Under the pieces are notes generated by a model. The model was given only the letters and a program-made list of their open reading frames with translations. It was not told the origin of the DNA and ran no database searches. A stretch of 64,000 bases of DNA from Eledone cirrhosa (taxonomy: Eukaryota), in NCBI GenBank assembly GCA_964016885.1, contig CAXHJY010000001.1, positions 372,001 to 436,000 of the forward strand, read 5' to 3'. Below, in pieces: positions 12,061 to 23,625 of the stretch (the first letter of the stretch is position 1; every line of letters starts with the position of its first letter). Made by a program: the position numbers and the translations under genes.

Positions 12061-12738
12061 AATGAACTGAGAGAGAAACTAGACATAAAAGGAATTAAAT
12101 GCTGTGTGAAAGAGAGGAGACTGTGTTGGTGTGGACATGTGATGTGTATGAAAGATGACAGCTGTATAAAAAAGTGCAGAGCACTCAAAGTTAATAGAAG
12201 CCATGGTGTGGGGAGACTCAGGAAGACTTGGGATGAGGTGATAAAAGCTGCCCTGCACCTCTCAAAGGCGATGACACAGGACCAAGATCTCTGGCATTAT
12301 GCAATAATACAGAAGAGCTGCCTCCCCATGAGCACAGGCTGAAGCATACATACAGTATGCACCATTGTCACCTCCCTTCCATACATACACTTCTACATCC
12401 AAACACTCTGCCCCTCACATATGCCCATACACCCACCTCCCTGATCTCACACATCTCCCACCAAAGTCTCCAGTCCACACTGTAATGTGGTTGTATAGAT
12501 TTCACAACAAAAAGCACCCAGTACTCACTGTGAAGTGGTCAGGTAGGTGTTATGACAAAAAGCACCCAGCCTACATTGTAAAGTGGTTGGTGTTAGGAAG
12601 TGGTTGGTGTTAGAAACCAAGCCAAAATCAGTTCTGTATGAGCCAGACATGGTCATCTGACCTGGCTTATCTCACATTGGGACAACTTGTCTAAGCCATG
12701 CTAGCATGAAAAAATGTACATTAAATGGTGATGATGAT
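12061..12738 (+). mobile_element. RTE LINE 3' fragment with 3'UTR and (GAT)n tail
   Basis: KERRLCWCGHVMCMKDDSCIKKC..GRLRKTWDEVIK, homologous to the end of 23933-27052. Confidence 0.85.
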
Positions 12739-12778
12739 ATATATATCTATCTATCTTTCTATCTCTCTCTCTAAACAG

Positions 12779-12896
12779 GTCTTAAAGAGAATGATATTTC
12801 AAAATCAGTGTATCATTATGGAATCTATGTCTGATGGCACCCAAAATATTGTCTCATCTGTTGGAGAACCAATACTGTTCCAGAAAAGTGGACGCT
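12779..12896 (+). CDS. FAS1-domain protein, internal exon (118 nt, too short for the ORF track)
   Basis: Pyrimidine tract with aaacAG at 12777-78 and donor GTAAGT at 12897. Open frame VLKRMIFQNQCIIMESMSDGTQNIVSSVGEPILFQKSGR. Phase 0 in and phase 1 out, matching both neighbouring exons. Confidence 0.78.
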
Positions 12897-13334
12897 GTAA
12901 GTAGCAGCCCTTAGACATTTCTTTAGCCTCTCTCCTTCAAATGCCACATCTTTTTCTTTTCATTTGTCAAAAATATTTTCATATATTTTGGTGAGCGCCA
13001 TGTCCGAATATTGCCAAAAATCGTTAAACACACTTTTTGGTTTGGTTTTTGCTTCAATATATATATATTTTTTATTGATTGGTCAATCAAAAGATGAAGC
13101 ATATATATAATATGCACCACCCCACCCACTACCATACATACATCCAGTCCACACTGTAAAGTAGTCATGTAGGTGTCACAGCAAAAAGCACCCAGTCCAC
13201 ACTGTAAATGTGTTGCATCCAGCTGTAAAAACCAAGCCAAAATTGGTTCTGACCTAACATTTCTCACAACAGGATAACTCGTCTAACCCGTGCCAATGTG
13301 GAAAAATGGACATTAAATTATAATTAAAAAAATA

Positions 13335-14468
13335 TGTAGAGAAGAAATTCCAAACTTGGAAGCAGGGACTAGAAAGAAAGGGTCTCAAAGTCAACCTAAC
13401 AAAGACTAAGGTCCTTGTAAGTAGACGAGAAAACAGAATCCAGATCCCCTCAGGGAAATTGCCTTGCTCAGTATGTAGGAAAGGTGTAGGTAGGAACTCC
13501 ATTCTCTGCCCCAAATGCAAACAATGGGTACACAAGAGATGTAGCGGGATCTCCGGAAGCTTAACTAAGAATGTAGGCTTCACATGTAGCAGCTGTGCTG
13601 GGACAGCAAGCAGCAAACAGCCACAGGAAACAAGCACCACCAAACTCTGGGAGGGCTCTGTAGAAACAGTAGACAGCTTCTGCTACCTAGGTGACCGAAT
13701 TAGCAGCGGAGGTGGGTGTTCTGAAAGTACAATAACTAGGGTAAGAACGGGATGGAAGAAGTTCAGAGAGCTACTGCTAGCTGCACAAGGCTTTTCCCTC
13801 AAAATGAAAGACAGACTGTATGATGCGTGTATACGAACAGCAATGTTACATGGTAGTGAGACCTGGGCGCTGTCTGTGGAAGACTTGCGTAGATTAGAAA
13901 GAAACGAAGCCTGCATGCTCCGATGGATGTGTAATAGTAATATTCGCGAATGGCAAAGCATAAACGAATTGAGAGAGAGACTGAGCATAAGAGGAATCAA
14001 ATGTTGTGTGCAGGAGAGGCGGTTGCGTTGGTATGGACATGTGATGCGTATGAAGGATGACAGCTGCATAAAAAGGTGCAGAGCACTAGAAGTCGATGGA
14101 AACCGCGGAGTGGGGAGACCCAAGAAGACCTGGGATGAGGTGATAAAAGCCAACCTTACCCAATTACACCTCTCAAAGGCGATGACACATGACCATGACC
14201 TCTGGCATCACACAGTAATACAGAAGACCCGACACCCCACGGGTACAAGCCAAAGCTGAAGCATATAGACAATATGCCCCAACACCCTCCCACTGCAAAG
14301 TGGTCGTGGAGGTGTCACAAAAAAAAAAGCACTCAGCCTACACTGTAAAGTGGATGTGTAGGCGCCACGGAAAAAAAGCACCGGACACTGCCCACAACAG
14401 GACAACCCGTCTAACCCATGCTAGCATGAAAGAACGGACGTAAAATGGTGATGATGATGGCGATGATG
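13335..14468 (+). mobile_element. 5'-truncated copy of the PHD-containing RTE LINE
   Basis: ORF 13459..14259 is nearly identical to the C-terminus of the 1039-aa ORF. 3'UTR and (GAT)n tail are present. Confidence 0.93.
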
Positions 14469-14949
14469 TACTGAAGCGAAAACCAAACTAAACTGAGTGT
14501 GTTTTACTATTTCTGGTAATATAATTTCTGTTTTAACACACAATTTCATATCGAAAACCTTGCAAAACAAAATAATATTTTCATTATAGACATTATACCC
14601 ATTGCTTATGTTTATATTTTCTGCCTTCTATGTACCTTTTTTTCCACTTTGTTATAAATTCTCATATTTACACACACAGCACACAGTGTTATATTTTGAT
14701 AGGGTCATGTTACCAATAAGAACACATGCACTATAGAGTTTTAATATTAGTTAAGTAACAATAAAGAAAACATTAGTTAGGTACCAAATCCACTTGTCAT
14801 TTGTTAAAGCTCTTTCGTCACACTAGGACCTTCACTTTCTCTCTTCTCTGTCTCCTCTTTCATTTAATTCATTAAAGTCATAGTCACATAATGTGAAAGA
14901 GCTTTGATAATTAAAACTGGTTATTAAACTAATCAAGGATTTGTTACCC

Positions 14950-15198
14950 AACTAATAATACTTTTTGATTTAGACATAAGGTCAAAAATTTTGGGAGAGG
15001 GGAAAGTTAATTAAATTAATCTTAGTGCATTACTTCTACTTTATTTTATTGACCCTATAAGGATGAAAGGCAAAGCTAACCTTGGCAGGATTTGAACTCA
15101 AATCAGAAAGAGCCGTAACTTTATGCCATAAAGCATGTTGTCCCTGTAACTTTATGCCATAAAGCATGTTGTCCGATGCTCTACCAAACCACTGCCCT
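14950..15198 (-). mobile_element. tRNA-derived SINE (family of 3989-4180) with an internal ~31-bp duplication
   Basis: AAGGATGAAAGGCAAAG..GGATTTGAACTC..GTCCGATGCTCTACC is the reverse complement of the family head and body. Confidence 0.7.
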
Positions 15199-15765
15199 TG
15201 TTACCAAACTAATAATAAAACCAAACTGAAACAAAGGTGCACATGTTTTTAGTGGCAACATGACTCTCCCAGATTATAACAATATGTGTTTCAATATATG
15301 ATTTTAAAACATCTTGCAAAACAAATACAAATGAAATTTGTATATGCATGTTAGTGAAAGATGGCAGTAAGTGTAGAGGCTGTGTGGAGCCTAGAAAGGA
15401 ATGAAGCAAGTATCAATAGACTGAGAGAAAAACTGGGTATAAGAGGAATCAAATGTAGTGTACAAAGGAGAAGACTACTGATACAGAGATATGATGCATA
15501 TGGATGTTGTTGGGTGAAGAATGACCAGGAATTGCCAGTGGAAGAAAACTGCAGTAGAAGAAGGCTGATATCTGAAAGATACGAAGTTTGATGCTTGTAG
15601 CGACTACTGGAACCTTACTTTTCCATGACTAGCGGTCTTTACCCTATTCTATAAGCTATTTTATAACAACTAGTTGTGCCTAAGGTTATTTTCTCTGCTT
15701 CAACATCCTATATTTTCTATAAACTTTATATATAAATATATTGATTGATTGTTTTATCTTTCCAG

Positions 15766-15986
15766 CTCTAACAGTCGGATTTGGCGGAAGAGTTGCCAAA
15801 ATATTACACTCTGACCTAGCAGCTACAAATGGTGTTGTTCACATCATTGATCGAGTTCTCTGGACAAATAATGACCTCGAAGATTTTAGCAATACTGTTG
15901 CTCATTTGCTTCAGCCATCTGCTCCATTAATGACCCTCTCTAGTATTCTATGTTTCAACATGCTCTCCTCACCAAACTTCTATTAG
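15766..15986 (+). CDS. FAS1-domain protein, terminal coding exon with hydrophobic C-terminal tail
   Basis: Acceptor ttttatctttccAG at 15764-65. T+CT forms Ser, then LTVGFGGRVAKILHSDLAATNGVVHIIDRVLW (canonical FAS1 H2 motif). Stop TAG at 15984-86. Confidence 0.9.
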
Positions 15987-16042
15987 TGACCCTCTCTAGT
16001 ATTCTATGTTTCAACATGCTCTCCTCACCAAACTTCTATTAG
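15931..16042 (+). repeat. Exact 56-bp tandem duplication covering the last codons and stop of the FAS1 gene
   Basis: TGACCCTCTCTAGTATTC...AAACTTCTATTAG occurs at 15931-15986 and 15987-16042. Confidence 0.93.
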
Positions 16043-16230
16043 TGAAACATGAACAAAAATTCAAATAGAATAATTTTATATTGTAAAAAGTGTGAATGCA
16101 AGTCTAAAATATTATAAGATAATCTCAGTGTGTTTGTGTATTTTATGTATGTGTGTGTGTACATGCTTGTGTGTGGTTGTTTGTATGCACACACATTTCA
16201 TTCCAGGAGATCCTCCATCAACTTCATTAA

Positions 16231-16427
16231 CCCTTTAGCTTTCACATTACTCTATATATACTATTATATTTTCATGGTAAATGCTTTATCTCACATAATA
16301 TCGAATCTATGAGATTTTGAAAGTATTTATTTTGAGAACAATACCTTAACATCAGTTTGAGTGACCAGTTACAGCCAGTTTCAACAGAAAAAGGTAAAGA
16401 ACTCTGGCCGGTTTGAACATTAAAGGG
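16231..16427. mobile_element. piggyBac-type MITE
   Basis: TTAA (16227-30) + CCCTTTA ... TAAAGGG + TTAA (16428-31). A TTAA target duplication with CCCT termini is the piggyBac signature. Confidence 0.72.
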
Positions 16428-16929
16428 TTAAAGTTCTTGAAACAAGTTTGTTTCATTGAGTAGTTTGATGAACTCAGATATTGATAACACTTCTTTGCCT
16501 CATCAACAGTTCAGAATTTTTGTATATTTTTACCATGGATCCCGATATCTTCTGCTTCATTTGGCAAACAATAATTTCTTTTAACATCCATATGTTCATT
16601 ATACTTGATGTGCATAGATGAAGTTTCATAAGAGAGAAGCTTTGACAATATCTTCTATTTCTATGTTTGTCTATTGTATCCTCCATCATGATTAACTCCA
16701 ACCCCCTTTAAACATCTGAGTGTGTATTCCTGCATGTGTACCCTTCTATATTCTCTTTTCACTATTTAAGGCATTGAATTGACTTTCCTGAATGCTTTTG
16801 GGGGCAATGGTTTACAGCTAGATGTCAATATTCAGGGATTCAATGAACCTATTTTAAACAAATACTCATTAAACATGGCTGAAGAAAAATGGAAAAGTTG
16901 AAAGACAAGAAAATATCCAAATGAACAAA

Positions 16930-17098
16930 ATAATTGTTTCTACTTTAGGCACAAGGCCAGCAATTACCCAGTGCATTACTGGTACTTTATTTTATCGACC
17001 CCGTAAGGATGAAAGGCAAAGTCAACCTCGTAAAGGGACGTAACTATGCTGTAAAGCATGGCATCCGACGCTCTACCGATACTGCCAATCCACCGCCC
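16930..17098 (-). mobile_element. tRNA-derived SINE fragment (family of 3989-4180)
   Basis: TCGACCCCGTAAGGATGAAAGGCAAAGTCAACC..CCGACGCTCTACCGATACTGCCAATCCACCGCC. Confidence 0.7.
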
Positions 17099-17119
17099 TC
17101 AATGAACAAAATAATGATT

Positions 17120-17211
17120 GAGTGTAAAGGATTTAATGTATGGAGGAGTGTAAAGGATTTAATGTATGGAGGAGTGTAAAGGATATAATGTATGGAGGAG
17201 TGTAAAGGATT
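17120..17211. repeat. 26-bp tandem repeat, about 3.5 copies
   Basis: GAGTGTAAAGGATTTAATGTATGGAG repeated. Confidence 0.85.
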
Positions 17212-17904
17212 TTTGTAAAAAATATCTAAAAAAAAACAAGCCAATCAACCAAAATATTCAACAAAATCTTTTTTCTGTCACTTTTAATAATACCAAAATT
17301 TATTAATAAAAAAAAACAAAAAAACTACAGGCTTTGACCCGCTTATGATGGAGCTTGACCTGCTAGAAATAGCAGCCCTCAAACCACACCATTCTTTCTA
17401 ATTTTTCCCAACCACTGAGCAAAACATTTCATGTTTTGAGCAAAAATATTTAAATTCAAAGTTACTGAGTGAAGTAAAACAATCTTTTGACAGCATGTGT
17501 AATATAGAATAGACTGATGTCTGCTGAACAACAACCAAAGGTTAGAGTTCACGTCACAGCCTACAACAACAACCAAGGGTTAGTGAGAGTTCACAGCCAA
17601 CAATAACAACCAGGGGCACATTAGAGAACATAGAGATAAAAATTATATCCACACACAGAAAAGATGCAATGCTCAGACAAATCACAGAGGAAACAAACAT
17701 AAAGAAACTCCAACCAAAATTAAACAGAAAACATGGGTGGAATGGCAACATCACAACTAGTAATTAAGGACAAAATGAAGACATACAGACACACAAAAAC
17801 CAAACTAACAAAACAAATCAGACACACACAGATAGAACAAACAACCAGCTAGTGACAAGTAAATAAACACCTGTTCTTCTAGCCCTTACCAGCCCCAACA
17901 AACT

Positions 17905-18540
17905 CTGCCATTATTGCTACTACTGACCTAGCCCTGAATTCTTTTACCATTATGTATGGATGAGCTGAGCATTAATGGAGTGACCCCGAATTAATAAATG
18001 AATATGAATCCACGAGTTACTAAGCACCCATGCGAAGCTTTAATTCAGAGACAGGAAGCATACACCCAAAAATTCACCATTTTCCACGAATGATGGCAAA
18101 TGCCCAAAACTCTGAGTTGGAACCATCAATGTAAGCACAATGAAAGGAAGAGCAGGAGAAATCGTAGAGATGCTAGAGCGAAAGGAAATTGACGTATGCC
18201 GTGTGCAAGAAACTAGATGGAGAGAAGAGTCTGCTAGTTTTTGTAGGCAAAAATCAGTGCTACAAATTTTTCTGGGTGGGAAATGACAATGGGAGGGTTG
18301 GTGTACAAATATTATTAGCTGACAAATGGGTAGATAAGGTAATCTCAGGAGACTTTAACGAACACATTGGGAAACACCATGATGGCTTCTATAGAGTCCA
18401 TGGAGGCTCCGGGGTTGGCACAAGAAATGAAGATGGCTTCAGGCTTCTAGAATTCTGCAACACCAATGACATGTCGATATGCAACCCAAACTTTAAAAAA
18501 CCCGACAATCATCTGATCAGGGGAGCATTCTAGTCAGATA
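17905..18540 (+). mobile_element. Degraded 5' fragment (5'UTR + AP endonuclease) of the PHD-RTE family
   Basis: Aligns with 23830-24635 (GGKCPKL.VGTINV, YKFFWVGND, GDFNEHIG, NFKKPDNHLI) with an internal deletion. Confidence 0.85.
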
Positions 18541-18589
18541 GATAGCCGGCGGGTGGATCAGTGAGGGCATCCTCTTTGGGGATCACCTG

Positions 18590-18812
18590 AACCTGGCGAA
18601 GAATGGACCGCATGTCCAAGATGGAGACTGCAAAGCTTGCAGCATCGAGGCTGACATTCACCACCTCCGACTTGGCCGAGTTGACCTGGAGGCCGATTCC
18701 CGCCAGGGCAGGAATGGCCGATTGAAGGTCATGACCGATTGAAGGTCATGGCAGACCGTCCGTACGGGCCCACCCAATGTAGCATCATCCAGATACCAAA
18801 CGTTGAGAGGGA
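18590..18812 (-). mobile_element. CRE-clade-like non-LTR RT fragment
   Basis: Minus strand gives PLNVWYLDDATLGGPVRTVCHDL..LAGIGLQVNSAKSE. The WYLDD..LGG pattern is typical of CRE-like RTs. Confidence 0.6.
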
Positions 18813-19340
18813 ATGGTGTTCTTCATGGTCTTCAAGGATTGTCAACACAGTATCTATCTCAGATATCGCACTTCCGGCAAGCTGTTTAACCATAGGCATC
18901 TCATTGCCAACACTAAGGTACTGAGTACGTTGATCAGGGAATTTTTATATGCAGATGATTGTGATCTCTTTGCACACTCCCAGAGTGACGTGCAACACCT
19001 TATGAATTCTTTTTCCAATGCGTGCAGTGCTTTGGGACTGACAATCAGTCTGAAGAAGATTGCCGTCATGTACCAACCTGCTCCGGATAAATTTTTCAAT
19101 GAACCATCCATACACGTATATGGTCAAAAGCTGAAGGCTGCTGACACATTTGTGTATTTGGGGAGTACTCTGAGTGTGACCTGCTCTCTGGATGCAGAAG
19201 TTGGTCTACGTGTTAGTAAGGCAAGTAAGTCATTTGGAAGGCTCAACGACCGTCTTTGGTGCAGGCAAGGAATCACAATGAGGACCAAGGTGAGAATGTA
19301 TGCTGCATGTGTACTGTCAGCTTTGCTGTATGCTGCTGCT
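18812..19340 (+). mobile_element. RTE/BovB-like RT fragment
   Basis: YLRYRTSGKLFN..REFLYADDC..FVYLGS..ASKSFGRL, paralogous to the 27349-29880 and 22078-23091 element. Confidence 0.9.
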
Positions 19341-19344
19341 TGCC

Positions 19345-20200
19345 ATGACCTGAGGTAACTAGTGATGCTCGTGAGGGCGCTTGGCTGTTGCAGGACCTCT
19401 GTCTCGCCATCACCTGAGGTAACTAGTAATGCTCCTCGTGAGGGCGCTTGGATGTTTCCGGATCTCAACCATGCCATCACCCGAGGTAACTGGTGATGTT
19501 TATGAAGGCGTGTGGTTGTTGCAACAACTCAGCTTCGCCATCACCGAGGTATTTGGTCATGCTCCTCGTCAGGGCGCTTGGATATTGCAGCACCTCAGCC
19601 TCACCATCACCTGAGGTAACTGGTGATGTTCACGTGAGGGCGCTTGGCTGTTGCCAGAGCTCACCCTTGCCATCACCCGAGGTAACTGGTGATGCTCCTG
19701 AAGGCGCTGGGCTTTTCCAGCACCTTAGTCTCGCTATCACCCGAGGTATCATCACCAGTTACCTCGGGTGATGGCGAGGGTTAGATCCTGCAGCAGCCAA
19801 GCGCCCCTACGAAGAACATCACCTGTTACCTCGGGTGTTGACGCGGCTGGAGTGCTCGGATAGCCAAGTACCCTCACGAGCATTACCAGTTACCTTGGGT
19901 GATAGCGAGACTGAGGTGCTGCAATAGCCAAGCGCCCACACGAGCATCACCATTTACCTCGAGGGTGAGATCTGGCAACAGCCATGCATCCTCACGAGGA
20001 GCATCACCAGTTACTTCTGCTGATGACAAGGCTGAGATGCTGGAATAGCCAAGTGCTATCACGAGGAGCATCACCAGTTACCTCGGGTGATGGCGAGGCT
20101 GAGGTGCTGGAATAGCCAAACGCCCTGATGAGGAGCATGACCAGTTACCTCGGTGATGGCGTTGTAACAGCCAAGCGCTCTCACAGGCATCACCAGTTAC
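19345..20200. repeat. GC-rich ~63-67-bp minisatellite arranged as a palindrome that switches orientation at about 19749
   Basis: About 6 units of CATCACC(C/T)GAGGTAACTGGTGATGCTCCTCGTGAGGGCGCTTGGCT.. followed by about 7 reverse-complement units. Confidence 0.88.
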
Positions 20201-20312
20201 CATCTTTCATGTATACCGACTGTTACGCCGGTTCGTATAAGTAGTTTCACTTCCCTTCACATTGCTCCAGTACACCTAGTTACACATAGACAGATACATA
20301 CATACACATATA

Positions 20313-20912
20313 TGGTGGCTGCCAACTCGTTTTCGAGTACGGCCACTACTTTATATCCATGTAGGAGAACTCCTACCGATACGCTGAACGAGTGTGACTT
20401 TTTAGTCCAGCCAGCGACTTGAAAACTCTGGTACAGACACTACACTTGTGACAATTATTGACACATAGTGCTGGGCCCATGGTACCATGTGACGACAAGG
20501 GCAGAGAGATCTCCAGATATAAAGCAATGCCTGTGCCGTGAAAATTTTATAGTGAGCAAAGGCACTGCACAAAGCCAATCCCACTCTCTTAACCAAGATG
20601 ATATTTACCAAAAAGAAGAACAAGTCAACATCATTGGATACCATCAGGGTTGCAGGTGTTATATCAGAGTTTTCCTTCTCCTAGAATTCTGCCTTGACAA
20701 AGGCTAAGGGGTAATCTCTTTTGGATGGCCATTGACTCTTAAGAGCTCCTTTGCCCTTTGACAGGTTTTGTTTTTAGTCCTGCAGGATGTCCAAAGTCAC
20801 CCTCCTCACCAAGAAAGCTTGGTGGGGTTGCCAGTTTAGTCGCCAACGACCAGACCATGAGACAGGTTGTACTGGGATACATGTTACCAGTAGCAACAAC
20901 TGGTGACCTGAC
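20313..20912 (-). mobile_element. Bipartite non-autonomous RTE element (5'UTR joined to zinc-finger/3' end), copy 1
   Basis: The 5' part resembles the RTE 5'UTR at 29975-30210. The 3' part encodes CHKCSVCTRVFKSLAGLKSH, like the terminal finger CRLCARHFRSLAGLKSH of 22078-23091. Confidence 0.75.
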
Positions 20913-21015
20913 ATATACATACATACATACATGCATACATATACACATACATACATATATACATGCATACACACATACATATATATACATATACACATAT
21001 ACATACATATACACA

Positions 21016-21554
21016 TGGTGGCTGCCAACTCGTTTTCGAGTACGGCCACTACTTTATATCCATGTAGGAGAACCCCTACCGAAGCGCTGAACGAGTGACT
21101 TTTTAGTCCAGCCAGCGACTTGAAAACTCTGGTACAAACACTACACTTGTGACAATTATTGACACATAGTGCTGGGCCCATGGTACCATGTGAGGACAAG
21201 TGCAGAGAGATCTCCAGATATAAAGCAATGCTTGTGCCGTGAAGCTTTTATAGTGAGCAAAGGCACTGCACAAAGCCAGTCCCACTCTCTTAACCAAGAT
21301 GATATTTACCAAAAAGAAGAACAAGTCAACATCATTGGATACCATCAGGGTTGCAGGTGTTATATCAGAGTTTTCCTTCTCCTAGAATTCTGCCTTGACA
21401 AAGGCTAAGGGGTCATCTCTCCCGGTGATTTTGGATGGCCATTGACTCTTAAGAGCTCCTTTGCCCTTTGACAGGTTTTGTTTTTAGTCCTGCAGGATGT
21501 CCAAAGTCACCCTCCTCACCAAGAAACCTTGGTGGGGTTGCCAGTTTAGTCGCC
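21016..21554 (-). mobile_element. Bipartite non-autonomous RTE element, copy 2 (tandem)
   Basis: Near-identical to 20313-20850; compare track ORFs 20402..20644 and 21103..21345. Confidence 0.75.
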
Positions 21555-21913
21555 ACATATACACATACATGACATGATGGCTGCCCCCTCGTTATCGAGT
21601 ATGGCCATTGCACAATAAAAAAAAAAAAAATAAAAAAAAAATAAAAAAAATAAAAAAAAAAAATAAAAAAAAATAAAAAAATAATAATAATAATAATAAT
21701 AATAATAGTAATAATAATAAATAAATAAATTTAAAAAAAAAAAAAAAAAAAAAAAGGGGAAAAGATATATATATATATATATACACACATATATATACAC
21801 ATATATATATATACACACATATATACACACACACATACATACATATACATACATATATACACACACATACATACACATACACTCACACATATATACACAC
21901 ATACATTAATAAC

Positions 21914-21950
<37 letters not shown>

Positions 21951-22029
21951 GCAATAATAATAATAACGACAACAACAATAATAATATACATATTCATATA
22001 TATATACACACACACGCACGCACATAAGC

Positions 22030-22069
<40 letters not shown>

Positions 22070-22077
22070 GATAGCAA

Positions 22078-23091
22078 CTAACAGTGCTGCGATCGAATGT
22101 GGCTTTTTAGCCCAGCCAATGATCTAAAATGTCTTGCACAGAGTCGGCAACCAAAACATTTACTGGGAATAGTCGGCTGTGGTTGGAGTTCGTGTACTTT
22201 TGCATGTCGCTTGAGTCCTCCTGCTGATTTACATTCTCTACCACATGTTTGGCAAGCATGATGAGTAGCATCTCCAACAGCAGCCTGGTAGTCAACCACT
22301 GGTCTTACTTTATGACTGCGAAGATGACTTTCGAGTCCAGCTTTGCTTAGGCAGAGTCTCGCACAGACGCTGCATGTCAGAAACATAGGAGGACCCTCGC
22401 CGTCTGGAAGTGCAACAGCAATACCCTTCCTCACGTCCCGCTTTACTTTCTCGTGTGCGATTCGAGATGCCTCAAAGGCAACTTTTCCCTCATATACAGT
22501 CTTTCTCCATTTATTACGATCAGCAGCAATATTTTCCCACGTATCAGCAGAGATGTTAGCGTCTTTCAGAGAGGCTTTCAAGGAATCCTTATACCTCTTT
22601 TTTGGTTTATGTGGCGGTCGTTTTCCTTTAACCAACTCTCCATAGAAGATTTGTTTTGGTATTCTAGAATCCTTCATCCTGGCAAGGTGACCACTCCAAC
22701 GGAGTCGCTGCTTAAGCACAAGAGCTTCTATACTGTCACACATAGAGCTTTCCAAAATCTCGACATCACTGATGTGGTCCCTCCAGCGAACGCCATGTAT
22801 CCGTCTGAGACACATCTGATGGAAACGCTCCAATTGCTTAAGGTGGCGTCGATATGTGACCCAGGTCTCGCAGGCATAAAGAAGACAAGAGAGTACACAT
22901 GCCCTGTACACCTTTACCTTTGTCCTCCTGCATATGTCTCGCCGACCCCAGAGTCGCCTTTCTAGCTTTCCGAAAGCATCACTTGCTTTCCTAATCCTAA
23001 GTGAGATTTCACCGTCAAGGTTGCCGTATCGATTGACAGTGCTTCCCAGGTAGACAAACTGATCAACCACTCCAAGTCGTTTGCCATACAC
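22078..23091 (-). CDS. Host RTE ORF, 3' part: RT thumb plus three C2H2 zinc fingers
   Basis: FVYLGS, KASDAFGKL, LLYACETW, LRWSGHLARM, RIPKQIFYGEL. Fingers CSVC..HLRSH, CQTC..HAKVH and CRLC..HIRSQH. Confidence 0.93.
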   Translation of the reverse strand: MYGKRLGVVDQFVYLGSTVNRYGNLDGEISLRIRKASDAFGKLERRLWGRRDICRRTKVKVYRACVLSCLLYACETWVTYRRHLKQLERFHQMCLRRIHGVRWRDHISDVEILESSMCDSIEALVLKQRLRWSGHLARMKDSRIPKQIFYGELVKGKRPPHKPKKRYKDSLKASLKDANISADTWENIAADRNKWRKTVYEGKVAFEASRIAHEKVKRDVRKGIAVALPDGEGPPMFLTCSVCARLCLSKAGLESHLRSHKVRPVVDYQAAVGDATHHACQTCGRECKSAGGLKRHAKVHELQPQPTIPSKCFGCRLCARHFRSLAGLKSHIRSQHC

Positions 23092-23625
23092 AGGGTTTCT
23101 CTTAGTAGCTTTTTCATGTCGTTAATATTATGATGTTCCCTGCTGTATTAGCGTTAAATTTTCCCTGCTGTATTAGCGATAAATTTTCGAGGGTTTCTCT
23201 TAGTAGCTTTTTCATGTCGTTAATATTATGATGTTCCCTGCTGTATTAGCGTTAAATTTTCCCTGCTGTATTAGCGATAAATTTTCGAGGGTTTCTCTTA
23301 GTAGCTTTTTCATGTCGTTAATATTATGATGTTCCCTGCTGTATTAGCGTTAAATTTTCCCTGCTGTATTAGCGATAAATTTTCGAGGGTTTCTCTTAGT
23401 AGCTTTTTCATGTCGTTAATATTATATTATGATGTTCCCTGCTGTATTAGCGTTAAATTTTCCCTGCTGTATTAGCGATAAATTTTCGAGGGTTTCTCTT
23501 AGTAGCTTTTTCATGTCGTTAATATTATGATGTTCCCTGCTGTATTAGCGTTAAATTTTCCCTGCTGTATTAGCGATAAATTTTCGAGGGTTTCTCTTAG
23601 TAGCTTTTTTCATGACGTTATTATT
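23092..23625 (+). repeat. 98-bp tandem monomer array (5 full copies + 1 partial) at the 5' end of the guest LINE
   Basis: Units start at 23092, 23190, 23288, 23386, 23489 and 23587. They are near-identical and each holds two copies of TTCCCTGCTGTATTAGCG(T/A)TAAATTTT. Confidence 0.93.

Noticed and set aside
19345-20200. CTGGTGA + hairpin in the minisatellite unit as a possible hammerhead
   Set aside because: The core is not CUGANGA and no GAAA follows the hairpin in any unit.
23092-23625. CRISPR-like appearance of regularly spaced repeats (also 19345-20200)
   Set aside because: The intervening sequences are repeated rather than unique spacers, the context is eukaryotic and there are no cas genes.
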